Shown here one piece after another: positions 1-10,500 of a DNA stretch of 64,000 nucleotides. Numbering within the stretch: the stretch's first letter is position 1; each line of letters begins with the position of its first letter. The stretch is taken from contig OY970223.1 in assembly GCA_963714015.1 (NCBI GenBank), forward strand, positions 2,176,001 to 2,240,000, read 5' to 3'. Below the pieces are notes generated by a model. That model saw only the letters and a program-made list of their open reading frames with translations. It had not been told where the DNA came from and did not search any database. Source of the DNA: Vulcanimicrobiota bacterium. GTDB taxonomy: Bacteria; Vulcanimicrobiota; Vulcanimicrobiia; Vulcanimicrobiales; Vulcanimicrobiaceae. The position numbers and the translations under genes are program-made.

Positions 1-561
1 CTCACGATGCTGGCCGAGCGCAACTTGGGAACGAGCGCGCATTCGATGGCGACGAGCGAGTGGGCACGCCGGTTGTGCGCGGCCATGGGCCTGCCGCGTT
101 CACAGAGCGAGTTTGTGGAGCTGTGCGCAATGCTCCACGACATCGGGCAGGTCGCAACGCCCGATGAGATTTTGTTCAAGCCCGGGCCGCTGACTGCCGA
201 AGAATGGGAAACCGTTCGCGATCACGCGGCGGCCGGGCAAAGGATCCTCAACAACATTCCTTCGCTTGCGAAGTGCAGCGTCATCGTGCGCGCGCATCAC
301 GAGCGGTGGGACGGGCTCGGTTACCCGGACGGACTGGCGGGTGAAAATATTCCGTTCGAAGCGCGCCTCGTCGCCGTCGTGGACGCGTTCCACGCGATGA
401 TTAGCGATCGCCCTTACCGCCGGGCAATCGCGCCGCGCCGAGCCCTCGAAATTTTGGAATCCGGACGCGGTACGCAGTGGGACCCGTACATCGTGGACGC
501 GATGATCGGACTATTTTCCAACCGGCGGCATCAGCGCACGGCCCAGACACACTCCGCTTAA
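1..561 (+). CDS. HD-GYP domain phosphohydrolase, C-terminal part (frame open at window start)
   Basis: Motifs LHDIG, HHERWDGLGYP, DAFHAM-DRPYR and GTQWDP. Confidence 0.9.
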   Translation, partial: LTMLAERNLGTSAHSMATSEWARRLCAAMGLPRSQSEFVELCAMLHDIGQVATPDEILFKPGPLTAEEWETVRDHAAAGQRILNNIPSLAKCSVIVRAHHERWDGLGYPDGLAGENIPFEARLVAVVDAFHAMISDRPYRRAIAPRRALEILESGRGTQWDPYIVDAMIGLFSNRRHQRTAQTHSA

Positions 562-585
562 ACGTTCCCATATCGGGCAGTGGGC

Positions 586-615
586 AAAGGCGCGCTTAGG
601 GCGCGCCTTTTTTTT
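586..615 (+). terminator. Rho-independent terminator
   Basis: AAAGGCGCGC-ttagg-GCGCGCCTTT hairpin running into a T8 tract just after the HD-GYP stop. Confidence 0.85.
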
Positions 616-623
616 GCTATACT
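615..623 (+). promoter_or_regulatory. Possible extended -10 promoter for the ankyrin gene
   Basis: TG-C-TATACT about 33 nt upstream of ATG 656; AAGGAG RBS at 641-646. Confidence 0.45.
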
Positions 624-655
624 TACACGTCGATGTTCTCAAGGAGCCAATCCCG

Positions 656-1489
656 ATGATTGACGCTTCGTTCGAAGAGGCAGCCGATGCAATCGTCGGG
701 GGCGACGAGGAGCTGCTGCGTGGTCTCATTCGCCGCGACGCGAATTTGCCGCGCGCCCGGTCGGCCCGCAGCCACCACGCGACGCTTCTCCATTACACGG
801 CGGCAAACGGCGTCGAAGATTACCGCCAGAAGACGCCGCCCAATGTTACCGCGATCGCGCAATCGCTGCTGACCGCCGGCGCGCAAGTCGATGCCGTCGC
901 GGACATCTACGGAGGTTCCACAACGCTCAGCCTCGCGGCAAGCAGCGTGCATCCGCAACGGGCGCGGGTGCAGCTGCCGCTGCTGCAGCTGCTGTTGGAC
1001 CATGGTGCGGCGATCGACGGCGTAGCGGGCAGCGCGACTCCGATTCTTGCGGCGCTGCGAAACGGGCGAGGCGAGGCGGCCCGGTTTCTGGCCGACCGCG
1101 GCGCGGCTTTGGATTTGGAGAGCGCCGCGGGCAGCGGACGCTTGGACCAGGTGCGATCGTTTCTGGCCGCCGGCAATGCCGGCGCAGAACAACGCGCGGC
1201 CGCTCTGGCTTGGGCGTGCGAATACGGATACGTGGACGTGGTCGACGTTCTGCTCGACGCCGGCGGCGATCTCAACGGAAGTTATGGCGGCCACACTCCC
1301 CTGCACTGGGCGGCAATGAATGCCCAAACCGCCGTAGCGGACTTATTGGTCAGACGCGGCGCGTCGGTGCGCAGCCGCAATCGATACGGGGCCACGCCCT
1401 CGGGTCAAGCCCTGTGGTCCGCGGAGCAAGAACGTGCCGCGGACCGCTTTGAAGGGGTCATCGCGCTGCTCGGTGCGGCCGAAGAGTGA
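656..1489 (+). CDS. Ankyrin repeat protein
   Basis: Repeated TLLHYTA, TPILAALRNG, ALAWACEYG and TPLHWAAMN ankyrin motifs; ATG 656 has an AAGGAG RBS. Confidence 0.9.
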   Translation: MIDASFEEAADAIVGGDEELLRGLIRRDANLPRARSARSHHATLLHYTAANGVEDYRQKTPPNVTAIAQSLLTAGAQVDAVADIYGGSTTLSLAASSVHPQRARVQLPLLQLLLDHGAAIDGVAGSATPILAALRNGRGEAARFLADRGAALDLESAAGSGRLDQVRSFLAAGNAGAEQRAAALAWACEYGYVDVVDVLLDAGGDLNGSYGGHTPLHWAAMNAQTAVADLLVRRGASVRSRNRYGATPSGQALWSAEQERAADRFEGVIALLGAAEE

Positions 1490-1507
1490 CATACAGTCGT
1501 CACGTCT

Positions 1508-1966
1508 GTGCCGCAAAGTGTCTCCATGAACTACATCATCGGAGCCGGCGCCCTTCTGGAGAGCGGCGTCAACGCCTCGATAACGCCGACGACACTGCAC
1601 GCCCACGTCGATCCGGTCTTGGCACGGACGGTTCAAGCCGCAGCGATTGACTTCGAGTCAGGCAGTCAGGACGCGCTCCGGCGTCTGGTCATCATAACGC
1701 AAGGCTGGAATGCGTCGCGGTTCGGGCGCTGCGTTTCGGATCGTCTGCTGGAGAAACGGGAGTGCACGCTGGCGGACGTGCTGGGTGTACTGGCCCAAGC
1801 TGCCGGTCTGCACGAGGTTCACCTTTTCGCTCATTGGCTTCCGGACCCGGTGACCACGACGGAACTGGCGAACGCCGGCATCGCGCTGATCGCGCACCCG
1901 CTCGAGTCCATAGAAGAAGCTGCGCTCGTCTCGGGGCAGCGCCGCCACTGGTGGCACGCTGCCTAA
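1508..1966 (+). CDS. Hypothetical protein
   Basis: 152-aa ORF filling the gap between the ankyrin and response regulator genes; start uncertain (1508 or 1526). Confidence 0.6.
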   Translation: MPQSVSMNYIIGAGALLESGVNASITPTTLHAHVDPVLARTVQAAAIDFESGSQDALRRLVIITQGWNASRFGRCVSDRLLEKRECTLADVLGVLAQAAGLHEVHLFAHWLPDPVTTTELANAGIALIAHPLESIEEAALVSGQRRHWWHAA

Positions 1967-2014
1967 CGACGGGCACAGCCGGCTCCAAGGGTTCTCGCCG
2001 ACCATCTACCGTAA

Positions 2015-2698
2015 ATGATCGGAATGCAGCCTGCCCGGGTGGCCGTGGTCGACGATGACCGGTACGTGCGCGAAATGCTCGAACTGGGGCTCGCTCGAGA
2101 AGGTTTCGTGGTAAAGACCGCCTCCGACGGAGCGGCCGCACTCGAACTGGTCAAATCGTTCGATCCGGAGATTATCGTCCTGGACATTATGATGCCGAAG
2201 ATCGACGGCGTTACATTGCTCCCGCGGCTGCGTGAAATTACCCAAGCGCCGATTCTGATGCTGACCGCGAAGGGCGAAACGGGCGACAAGGTCGGATCGC
2301 TGGCCGCCGGCGCCGACGACTACCTCGTCAAGCCGTTCGTCTTCGAAGAGCTCATCGCCAGGCTGCAAGCAAAGTTGCGGCGGCCGCAACTGATCGAAGA
2401 CAAGGTGCTGCGCTGGCACGATCTCTCGCTCAATCCCGTAACGCGTGAAGCGTGGCGAGCCCAACGGCCGTTGGATCTGACCCAACGGGAATTCGATCTG
2501 CTCGAGGTCTTCATGCGCGAACCGCGGCGCGTCTTCAGCAAAGATCATCTGCTCGAGCTGGTCTGGGGCCATGACTTCGAAGGCGGACCCAACATCGTCG
2601 AGACGTACATTTCGTATCTGCGCGCGAAGATCGATCGAGTCGACGAGTCCTCGTTCGTGCGGACCGTTCGCGGAGTGGGGTACGGCCTCACGCAATGA
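2015..2698 (+). CDS. OmpR/PhoB-family response regulator (MprA-like)
   Basis: REC domain (VVDDD, LDIMMP, MLTAK, GADDYLVKPF) plus winged helix (LTQREFDLL, VETYISYLRAKI, TVRGVGY). Confidence 0.95.
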   Translation: MIGMQPARVAVVDDDRYVREMLELGLAREGFVVKTASDGAAALELVKSFDPEIIVLDIMMPKIDGVTLLPRLREITQAPILMLTAKGETGDKVGSLAAGADDYLVKPFVFEELIARLQAKLRRPQLIEDKVLRWHDLSLNPVTREAWRAQRPLDLTQREFDLLEVFMREPRRVFSKDHLLELVWGHDFEGGPNIVETYISYLRAKIDRVDESSFVRTVRGVGYGLTQ

Positions 2699-4146
2699 GC
2701 GTAAACCCTCGTCAATCGCTTTCATACCGTCTTGCGAAGCTGTACGCCTCAATTTTTGCGGTGACGGTGCTCGTGGTCATCGTGGCGTCCTCGATCGCGC
2801 TGGTCTATCTGCTCGCCGGATTCAGCAACGACATCATCGTCGCCAAACATCAAGAAGCGCGTTTCCTTACAACGCGCTACAAGACCGAAGGACAAACGCT
2901 GGCGCAAGCGGCGCCGCGTCTGGTCGGCGCGCTCAGCGGAATCGGATTTCGCGTTGCGGTTTACGGCGCTTCCGGCAGGTTTCTGGGCGGCGACAAATCC
3001 GTTCATCCCGGTATCTTGGATAGAGCCGTGCGGGGAACGGTCAAACTCCCCGGTCCTCCGGTCGTGATCGAGCATGCGGTGCGCTCGAACAATCCGTCCG
3101 CCGGTTTCAATACCGGCCGAGGGCCGCAAGGAGCGCCGAACGGCGGTCCGCCCTCGCGCGACTGGTGGCGCATTGTGGCTGTCGAGGGCGGTTACGTGAC
3201 GTTCGATGAGTCGCCATGGATCATCTTGATGAATCTGATCCCGTATTGGTGGACTGTTCTGGGAATTGCCGTCGTCGCCGTCGTCGTTTCGTGGCGCGTG
3301 GGCCGGGTCTTTGCGCGGCACGCACTCGCGCCGGTGAACGAGATCACCGGCTCGTTACGAGCTCTGGCGGACGGCGATTATACCCAGCGCCGCTTCGTTA
3401 GCGCCGGCGGAGACGAAATCGGCACACTTACGCAAGCCTACAACGACGCGGCAGCGAGCGTTGCCGCGGCAATGGAACAGCGCCGCAACACGGAAGCGCG
3501 CATGCGGCAGTTTGTCGCAGACGCAGGGCACGAGCTGCGCACGCCGCTGACTGTCATCGCCGGCTACATCGACGTTTTGCGCCGCGGCGCCCTCGACGAG
3601 CCGAAGGTTGCCAAGCAGATTCTCTCGACGATGGCGCTCGAGAAAGAGCACATGCGCACGTTGATCGATCGGCTGATGCGGCTGGCGCGAATGGATTCGG
3701 AGACGCCGCCGCAGGCCGCGCCGATCGACGTACCGGAGCTGCTGCGCGACCAAGTAGACGCCGCGCGGCGGTTGGACGAAGCGCGCCAGATCGATTACAG
3801 CATCGAGGGCGATCCTCAAGTAGTCGCCGATCGGGTCGAGCTCTCCGAAGCGCTTTGGAACGTCATCGAGAACGCGCTCAAGTATGCTCCGGGTGCCCCG
3901 ATTCATCTGCGTGCCTATCGTGAAAACGGCAGTGCCGTGCTCAGCGTTCGTGACGAGGGACCGGGCATGAGCGAATCCGAACGGCTGCACGCCTTTGAAC
4001 GCTTCTATCGCGGCGACGCGCGCGGTGAAATTCCGGGAACGGGGCTCGGGCTTGCCATCGCCAAACGCGCAGTCGACCGCGCCGGCGGCAGCATCGACAT
4101 CGAAAGTTCGCCCGGCTCGGGCACCACCGTCTCGATCAAAATCTGA
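2695..4146 (+). CDS. HAMP-domain sensor histidine kinase
   Basis: Two TM segments, HAMP, H-box DAGHELRTPL, N-box NVIENALKY, DEGPG, GTGLGL; ATGA overlap with the regulator. Confidence 0.95.
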   Translation: MSVNPRQSLSYRLAKLYASIFAVTVLVVIVASSIALVYLLAGFSNDIIVAKHQEARFLTTRYKTEGQTLAQAAPRLVGALSGIGFRVAVYGASGRFLGGDKSVHPGILDRAVRGTVKLPGPPVVIEHAVRSNNPSAGFNTGRGPQGAPNGGPPSRDWWRIVAVEGGYVTFDESPWIILMNLIPYWWTVLGIAVVAVVVSWRVGRVFARHALAPVNEITGSLRALADGDYTQRRFVSAGGDEIGTLTQAYNDAAASVAAAMEQRRNTEARMRQFVADAGHELRTPLTVIAGYIDVLRRGALDEPKVAKQILSTMALEKEHMRTLIDRLMRLARMDSETPPQAAPIDVPELLRDQVDAARRLDEARQIDYSIEGDPQVVADRVELSEALWNVIENALKYAPGAPIHLRAYRENGSAVLSVRDEGPGMSESERLHAFERFYRGDARGEIPGTGLGLAIAKRAVDRAGGSIDIESSPGSGTTVSIKI

Positions 4147-4149
4147 CGC

Positions 4150-5517
4150 GTGGAACTGCGCCGCACGCTGGGATTGCCCGACGTCGCGCTATTCTTCGTT
4201 ATAGCTTGCACGAATCTCCAATGGGTTGCGACGGCGGCCGCTGCCGGACCCGGTTCGCTCCCGGTTTGGATTATCGGATGCGTGGCCATGTTCGTTCCGC
4301 TCTCCGTGTGCGTCATGTATCTCTCGTCGCGCCTTCCGGAAGAGGGCGGTTTGTATGTGTGGAGCAAGGCCGCATTTGGGCCGTTCGCCGGCTTCATCAC
4401 CGGCTGGACGTATTGGTGCTCGAATCTTCCCTACTTTCCCGCGCTGCTCTATTTTACGGCGGGCAACGCGCTTTTCATCGCGGGCGAGAGCGGTAAGCAT
4501 CTCGCCGGATCTCCGGCGTACTACATTGCGGTCTCGCTCGCGGGCTTTACGATCGCTACGGTCGTCAACGTGCTCGGCTGGGACGTCGGAAAATGGCTGA
4601 ATAACGCCGGCGCCGCAGGGCGTTGGATCGTAACGCTGATCCTGATCCTGCTCGGTGCGCTCGCGTGGCGGCAATTCGGTTCGGCGACACCGTTCACGCT
4701 CGAATCGATGCGTCCGGGGCTCGCCCTCAAGGACGTGATTTTTTGGTCGGTGATCGCCTTTGCGTGGGTCGGGCCGGAAGTTATTCCGTTCATGGCGGGC
4801 GAGATCAAGGATCCGCGCCGAACGATTCCGCGCGGTTTGGCTCTCGCCGCGCCCGCAATAGCGGCGATCTACGTTTTAGGAACGGCGGCGCTGCTGACGG
4901 CGCTCCCCGCGGGACGCGTGAGCAACTTGTACGGCGTTATGCAGGCCGTCGAAAACGTCAGCGCTCGTCTCGGAATCCCGGCGCTTGCGCCCATTGCGGC
5001 CGTGCTCATGACGGTCAGCTGTTTGGGGAGCGTCGGCATCTGGCTCGGTGCCGTCGCGCGCATTCCGTTCGTTGCCGGCATCGATCGGTATTTGCCTGAA
5101 GCGTTCGGACGAATGCATCCGCGCTGGAATTCACCCGTGGTCGCGCTGCTTACGCAAGCGGCTGTCTCCGCCGTCTTTATCATCGCCGGTCAGGGCGGTA
5201 CTACCGTCAAGGGCGCTTACGACGTCATGGTGAGCGCAACGGTGCTTATCACGATGGTGCCGTTTCTGTTTTTGTTCGCCGCCGCAATGAAACTGCGCGG
5301 TCACGCCGGGATCGTGCTCGCCGCGCTCGTCGGATTTGCAACGACACTCGGCGCGATGGTTCTTGCGGCGTTTCCGGCCGACGACGAACCGCATAAAACG
5401 CTTGCGGTGGTCAAAGTAGTAGGCCTTACAATTGCAGTGCTTTTCGCGGGGGCTGCATTCTATTTCTACCGGAAGCGGACGGCGTTTGCATCTGATGGGT
5501 CAAAAGCACTAGTGTAA
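4150..5517 (+). CDS. APC family amino acid permease
   Basis: About 12 hydrophobic segments; LRRTLG, PEEGGLYVW, GEIKDPRRTIP, DRYLP motifs. Confidence 0.9.
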   Translation: MELRRTLGLPDVALFFVIACTNLQWVATAAAAGPGSLPVWIIGCVAMFVPLSVCVMYLSSRLPEEGGLYVWSKAAFGPFAGFITGWTYWCSNLPYFPALLYFTAGNALFIAGESGKHLAGSPAYYIAVSLAGFTIATVVNVLGWDVGKWLNNAGAAGRWIVTLILILLGALAWRQFGSATPFTLESMRPGLALKDVIFWSVIAFAWVGPEVIPFMAGEIKDPRRTIPRGLALAAPAIAAIYVLGTAALLTALPAGRVSNLYGVMQAVENVSARLGIPALAPIAAVLMTVSCLGSVGIWLGAVARIPFVAGIDRYLPEAFGRMHPRWNSPVVALLTQAAVSAVFIIAGQGGTTVKGAYDVMVSATVLITMVPFLFLFAAAMKLRGHAGIVLAALVGFATTLGAMVLAAFPADDEPHKTLAVVKVVGLTIAVLFAGAAFYFYRKRTAFASDGSKALV

Positions 5518-5561
5518 CGGTGGCGCGGGATAGCGTACTCTGGAACCTAAAGGAGAAACGC

Positions 5562-6479
5562 ATGATCGGCTCTGCCCGGGCTTCGGCAATCGTGTGCGTC
5601 GTCGCTTTTTGCGGCTGCGCGGGCGGCGTCAGAACGCCGCTGCCGTCGACGCTTTTGCTCTCTCAATCGACCGGCTCGGGCGCTGCCGCACCGCACGCAT
5701 CACCTACGGTCTTTATCTCCGTTGCCTCGATCAACGCAATCGAAGCGTTTCCTGGGGGCCAAGCGCATCCGACGGCGCGCGTTCTGAAGTTGACCGGAAT
5801 CGACCGTCCGACGGGCATTGCCGTCGGCGGGTCGGGGATTTTGTTCGTTTACAACACCGGCAACGATACGATTACGGAGTATCCGCCCGATGCGACAAAG
5901 CCCAGTTTCACGCTGAAATTAGCGGCTGCCGTCGGCAACGCCATTGCGGCAGGGAAAGACGACACGCTCTACGTTACGGACGGCGACGGGAATATCGACG
6001 TCTATCCTCCCAAAGCCACGCAGCCGTCGATAATTTTGCAGAATCCGGGCCAAGGCGGCCCCGAGTACGGATTGGGTGACCTTGCCGTAGACGGCTCGAA
6101 GGACATCTTCGTCGTGGGTCACGGCGGCGCGTGCTGCGGCGAGGGCGTCTTTGAGTATCCGGCACAATCACAAAACCCGATATCCGTGCAGAACACCGGC
6201 GGAATGGGCGGCGGGATCGCACTCGACGGTAATGGTGACCTGCTCGTTTCTCCGGGGAGGCCTCGCGGGAACGTCATCCGCGTTATCCATCCCGACGGAA
6301 GCAAATATCGGTTCGCGGCGCCGGAGTTCGCGGTCATGTCGTTCGATCGGAAGGACCAATACCTTTACACTACTTACGGCACCGTTTCCATTATCGACTT
6401 TGCCGCGGAAAAAGTCGTCGGAAGGTTGCCGTACGTTTATGATGCGTACGGCGTAGCCGTACGTCCGGCCGCGTTCTAA
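5562..6479 (+). CDS. Secreted lipoprotein, probable NHL/beta-propeller
   Basis: AAGGAG RBS, lipobox-like FCGC, repeated P.GIAV..G.L.V blades. Confidence 0.7.
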   Translation: MIGSARASAIVCVVAFCGCAGGVRTPLPSTLLLSQSTGSGAAAPHASPTVFISVASINAIEAFPGGQAHPTARVLKLTGIDRPTGIAVGGSGILFVYNTGNDTITEYPPDATKPSFTLKLAAAVGNAIAAGKDDTLYVTDGDGNIDVYPPKATQPSIILQNPGQGGPEYGLGDLAVDGSKDIFVVGHGGACCGEGVFEYPAQSQNPISVQNTGGMGGGIALDGNGDLLVSPGRPRGNVIRVIHPDGSKYRFAAPEFAVMSFDRKDQYLYTTYGTVSIIDFAAEKVVGRLPYVYDAYGVAVRPAAF

Positions 6480-7415
6480 ATGCGGATGCGTTACACGATC
6501 GTTTTTGCGCTCGGGCTGTTTGCAGCCGGTTGTGCGCGACAGGGACCCGGTCCGCAGTTCATTCCCGAAAACCGGCCCCTTTCCGATGCACGGCTGCTGC
6601 CGGCGCCCGGGCTGAAGATCTTTATCGGCGATTCCTACGACGCGTATGTGGACGTCTTTGGGCCGAAGGGCGGCAGGATCGGTCAAATCTCCGGCGTTTC
6701 GCCCAACGACGTCGCGGTCGACGCTTCGTCGAATCTCTGGGCGACCGACGGCCCGAATTATCGCGTGCTTATGTATCCGCCGCCGTACCAAACCCCGAGC
6801 GTCACGCTCGCCGACACCGCGGGAACGCCGGAAGCGATTGCCGTCGCGACGGCCGGATCGCAAAAGGGATTAGTGGCCGTCGTTTCGCGTTCTACGTCCG
6901 GCTCGGCCGCGCTGCGCTTCTTCGCGCCGGGAAAAACCAACCCGTGCAAGACGCTGGTGCTGCCGGCAGCGCTCTACACTATCACGTTTGACGCGAATGA
7001 CAACCTGTATGGAAGCGGCGATTATCGCGTCGAAGAGATCGGCGGCGGCTGCAAAGCCGCGAAGATCGCGTACCTGAAAACCGGCAATTCGCTCTCTCCC
7101 GGTTCCTTTGTGACGACGCTCACGCCGAGCGGTTCGATTGCCGTACTTTCGGCCGAAGGGGAGTCTTCCGTTATTTACACGTACCGTCCGCCGGTCGACG
7201 GCAACCTGGGCGAGCCCGTTTCGACGACGTCTATTCCGATTTCGGACGCGTTTGCTTTTGCGATTACGGCCGACGGAAAAGACGTTTGGGTCTTGGACGA
7301 CCTCAACAAGCAGGTTGACGAGTTTACGTTCCCGGGGGGCAAAGCCGTTACGAACTTCGCGGGGAACTTTGACTGGTATTCCATCGCGCTGAGCCCGCCG
7401 GTCGTCCCGCACTAG
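6480..7415 (+). CDS. Secreted lipoprotein, probable beta-propeller (similar to upstream gene)
   Basis: Lipobox AAGC; PNDVAVD, PEAIAV and FAITADG blades; abuts the upstream stop. Confidence 0.7.
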   Translation: MRMRYTIVFALGLFAAGCARQGPGPQFIPENRPLSDARLLPAPGLKIFIGDSYDAYVDVFGPKGGRIGQISGVSPNDVAVDASSNLWATDGPNYRVLMYPPPYQTPSVTLADTAGTPEAIAVATAGSQKGLVAVVSRSTSGSAALRFFAPGKTNPCKTLVLPAALYTITFDANDNLYGSGDYRVEEIGGGCKAAKIAYLKTGNSLSPGSFVTTLTPSGSIAVLSAEGESSVIYTYRPPVDGNLGEPVSTTSIPISDAFAFAITADGKDVWVLDDLNKQVDEFTFPGGKAVTNFAGNFDWYSIALSPPVVPH

Positions 7416-7460
7416 CGGTACTCGGCCCCGCGACAAAAATCGCCGGAAAGCAGCGAGCGA

Positions 7461-7480
7461 TTCTCAGGCTCTTCCTAGGC
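7461..7480 (+). promoter_or_regulatory. Candidate OmpR-family direct-repeat site
   Basis: TTCTCAGGC / TTCCTAGGC with 11-bp period upstream of the TBDR at 7503. Confidence 0.35.
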
Positions 7481-7502
7481 GTATGGTGGTACAAGTAACC
7501 CG

Positions 7503-10500
7503 ATGCGAAGAGTGGCCTCGGGTTTACTTGTATTTCTGCTGCTCGCTGCGGGAGCGCCGGCACTGGCGCAGTCCGACACCGGCGAAATCGATATTGCGGT
7601 TCTGCAAGCGAGCAACAAGACGCCCGTCGTGCTGGCGCGCGTACTGTTGGACGGCCCGGTCATTGCCAGCGAGTTTACCGGTGACAACGGCAAAGTCGCC
7701 TTCACGGACGTCCCGGACGGTATTTACCGCGCGCGGGTCTTCGCCCGCGGTTTCCAAGCCGTAACGTCGGAGAATTTCGAGGTCACGAACGGGAAGGTCG
7801 TCACGATCGCCGTGGCGCTAGCCATTTCCAGCAGCGGGCCCCTCAAAACGATCGCATCGGAGACCGTCAAGTCGACTACGACGATTTCAACCACGACGAT
7901 AGATCAAAACAGCGCCCAGCGCCGCCTTTCCGACACTCTGGCAGACGCGCTTGGAAAACTCTCAGGCGTTACAGTCTCCACGTCCAGCAGCGATAGCGAC
8001 GCGACGCAGACGGTTTCTTTGGAGGGACAGGACGCCAGCCAAACGGCGCTCACGCTCGACGGAATTCCGCTGAACGCGCCGGGTGCAGCCGGAGATTTGC
8101 GCGCCATCGGAAGCGATCTGTTCACGCGATCCTCGGTGTCGTTCGGACCGCAGATCGGCGGCTTGGCGGGCGGCGTGAATTTTTCGACGCTCGAGCCCAC
8201 TCTTTCATGGCAGAGCGAGTTCTCGCTGTCCGCCGGATCGAACGGCAAGAACAACTACTCGTTCGGAGAGAGCGGAAGTCTGGGCAAGCTCGGCATCGCA
8301 GTGATGAAGACGTACCGTTCCACGCCCAGCCTGCTGGACGGCATGACGTTCTTGGACGCAAGCGGTTTGGACTATCCGCACGAAGGCGACAGCAACGCAA
8401 GCGGTTCCATGGTCAAGCTGCGCTATCAGGTCACGCAGGCGCAGACCCTCACGAGCATGTTTCTTCAGAACGTCAATTCGTCCGAACTGGTCTGCGCCCA
8501 GTTTACCGGAGCGGTTCCGTGCGGGTACGGTCCCGACAACGACTACGATACGAAATTCGACGTCTATTCGCTGACCGACAACGCGTTGATCGGGGACACG
8601 CAGCTGCAAGCGGCATTCTTCGGTATGCATAACGCGTCGACGCGCAATCTGCTCGATCGCTACGTCGACGGCGTTGCAGAGCCGACCGGCACGTCGCAGA
8701 CGATGAACGACGACGGTTTTACGCTCAACGCGACGCTTCCGGCCCATCAACGCCATACGATCTCGATCAGCGCGTATTCGACGAATAGCCAAAGCAGCTT
8801 TACGCCGCTCGTCGCACAAGCCGCGCCGTACGTCTTTCCGGTTTCCGGCGCATCCTACGGCGCTGTGACTCTCAACGACACGATTCGCTCCAACACGAAG
8901 CTGCGTTTCAACACGTCGGTGGGACTGAGTCACGCGAGCAATGCCGGCGGATCGGTTTTGGCGGGGCTTTCGACGCAGTGGCAGCCCACCACCAGCGATT
9001 CGCTGGCGTTCTCTTACAACGTGGGCGGCACTGCCGCGCATCCGGGACGCTTCGGGTTGCTGACGGATCCCGACGAACTGCGCTACGACTGCACGGGCGA
9101 GGTCGCATACGGAAACGCTCCGGGCGATCAGCCGGGAGCCAGCTCTTCGACGTCGGCCCGCTTGAGCTACACTCACAAGAGCCGAACGGGACTCGTGAGC
9201 GCCTCGCTGTATCAGCAAGCACAGAACGACGTCGTGCTGCCCACGCAAGTCAACGGCACCGTGCTCGTGAACGAAGGTCTCTTTCCACCGGATTACTTCG
9301 GCCAAGTCGGAACGCAGTTTCAAACGCAGTGCAACTTTCCGGCCAGCTTGAATCCGGCGCAGTACACGTACTTCTCGACACCCATCGGCGGCGTGCGCCG
9401 CGTTTATGAAGGCGGCCAGCTGTCGGCGTTCTACACGCTCGGACAACTGGTCGTCGAACCGTACTACGACGTCCAAGTCGCCAAGGCGCTCAGCGGCGAC
9501 ATTCGGTTGAACAATCCGTACTCGATCACGATACCGGGCGATCAGTTACCTAACGTACCGCTTCGCCGCGCAGGCATCACACTGGATTACAAAGCGCCGC
9601 ATTCCTACTTGGAGTGGCTCGCGGACGCCAATTACACGGGAGCCAACAACCCGCAGAATCTTCCGCCGTATACGACCGTCGACGCAGGCGTGAATCTGCA
9701 TCTCGAGCGCGGCGATCTCACGTTTGCGGGCACGAATCTGTTCAATACGTACGGCGGGGTTTTCTCGGGGCCGCAGTGGGCAGTTCCCTACACCACGCTC
9801 GGCGGCACGCAGATCGCGACGATCGCGCGTCCGAACAGTCCGCGTCAATTCTCCGTGACGTACACGGTGCGCATGGGCAGCGGCATCACCTCTCAGAATA
9901 GTTCGCAGACGCTGCTGGCGCAAAACGGACCGGAGGGCGGCAGACGCGGCGGGCCGGGGCGGTTCTTCCAGCCTTTGCCTGAAAGTCCGCCGGCCGATCC
10001 GTTCGCGCTCAATCAGACACCCCTATGCACCGCCGACGCGCAGAAGATCGCGCAGCCGATCCTCAACGCGCTCAAGGCGTACGTTGCGCAGATCGACGCG
10101 GCAAAGAACTCGTCCGGCTATCCCGATACGATGCCCGCGCCGTCCATCCCGGGCGTGACCGTCGACTATCACGGTTTGAAGTCGACGTATGCACTTTCCA
10201 TTTCGCTCACGCAGACCGCGCAGCTGCGTCCCATCTTCGGGTGCTCGAGCTTCCATATCGCGGATTTGCAGACGGCGCAGCAGCGCAATCTGTACGTTGC
10301 CCCGCAGCAAGGCGGCGGAATGTTCTTCCGGCCTTCGATCGCGTTCATGCCTTCCGTCGGGTTCTACTTCGTGCGCCGTCCCCCGCAGCCGGGCCAGGAG
10401 AGTTTCCGGATGTACAAACTCCCGGCGACTGCGCCGAAGGCGCCTTTTGCCGTGCTGCGCAGTCCCGCATGTACCGCCGATATGCGATCGAGCGCGCAGA

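Noticed and set aside
5513..5537. ECF promoter TGTAAC-N15-CGTA
   Set aside because: Spacer is one base short of the usual 16 and the -35 overlaps the upstream stop codon; too weak to call.
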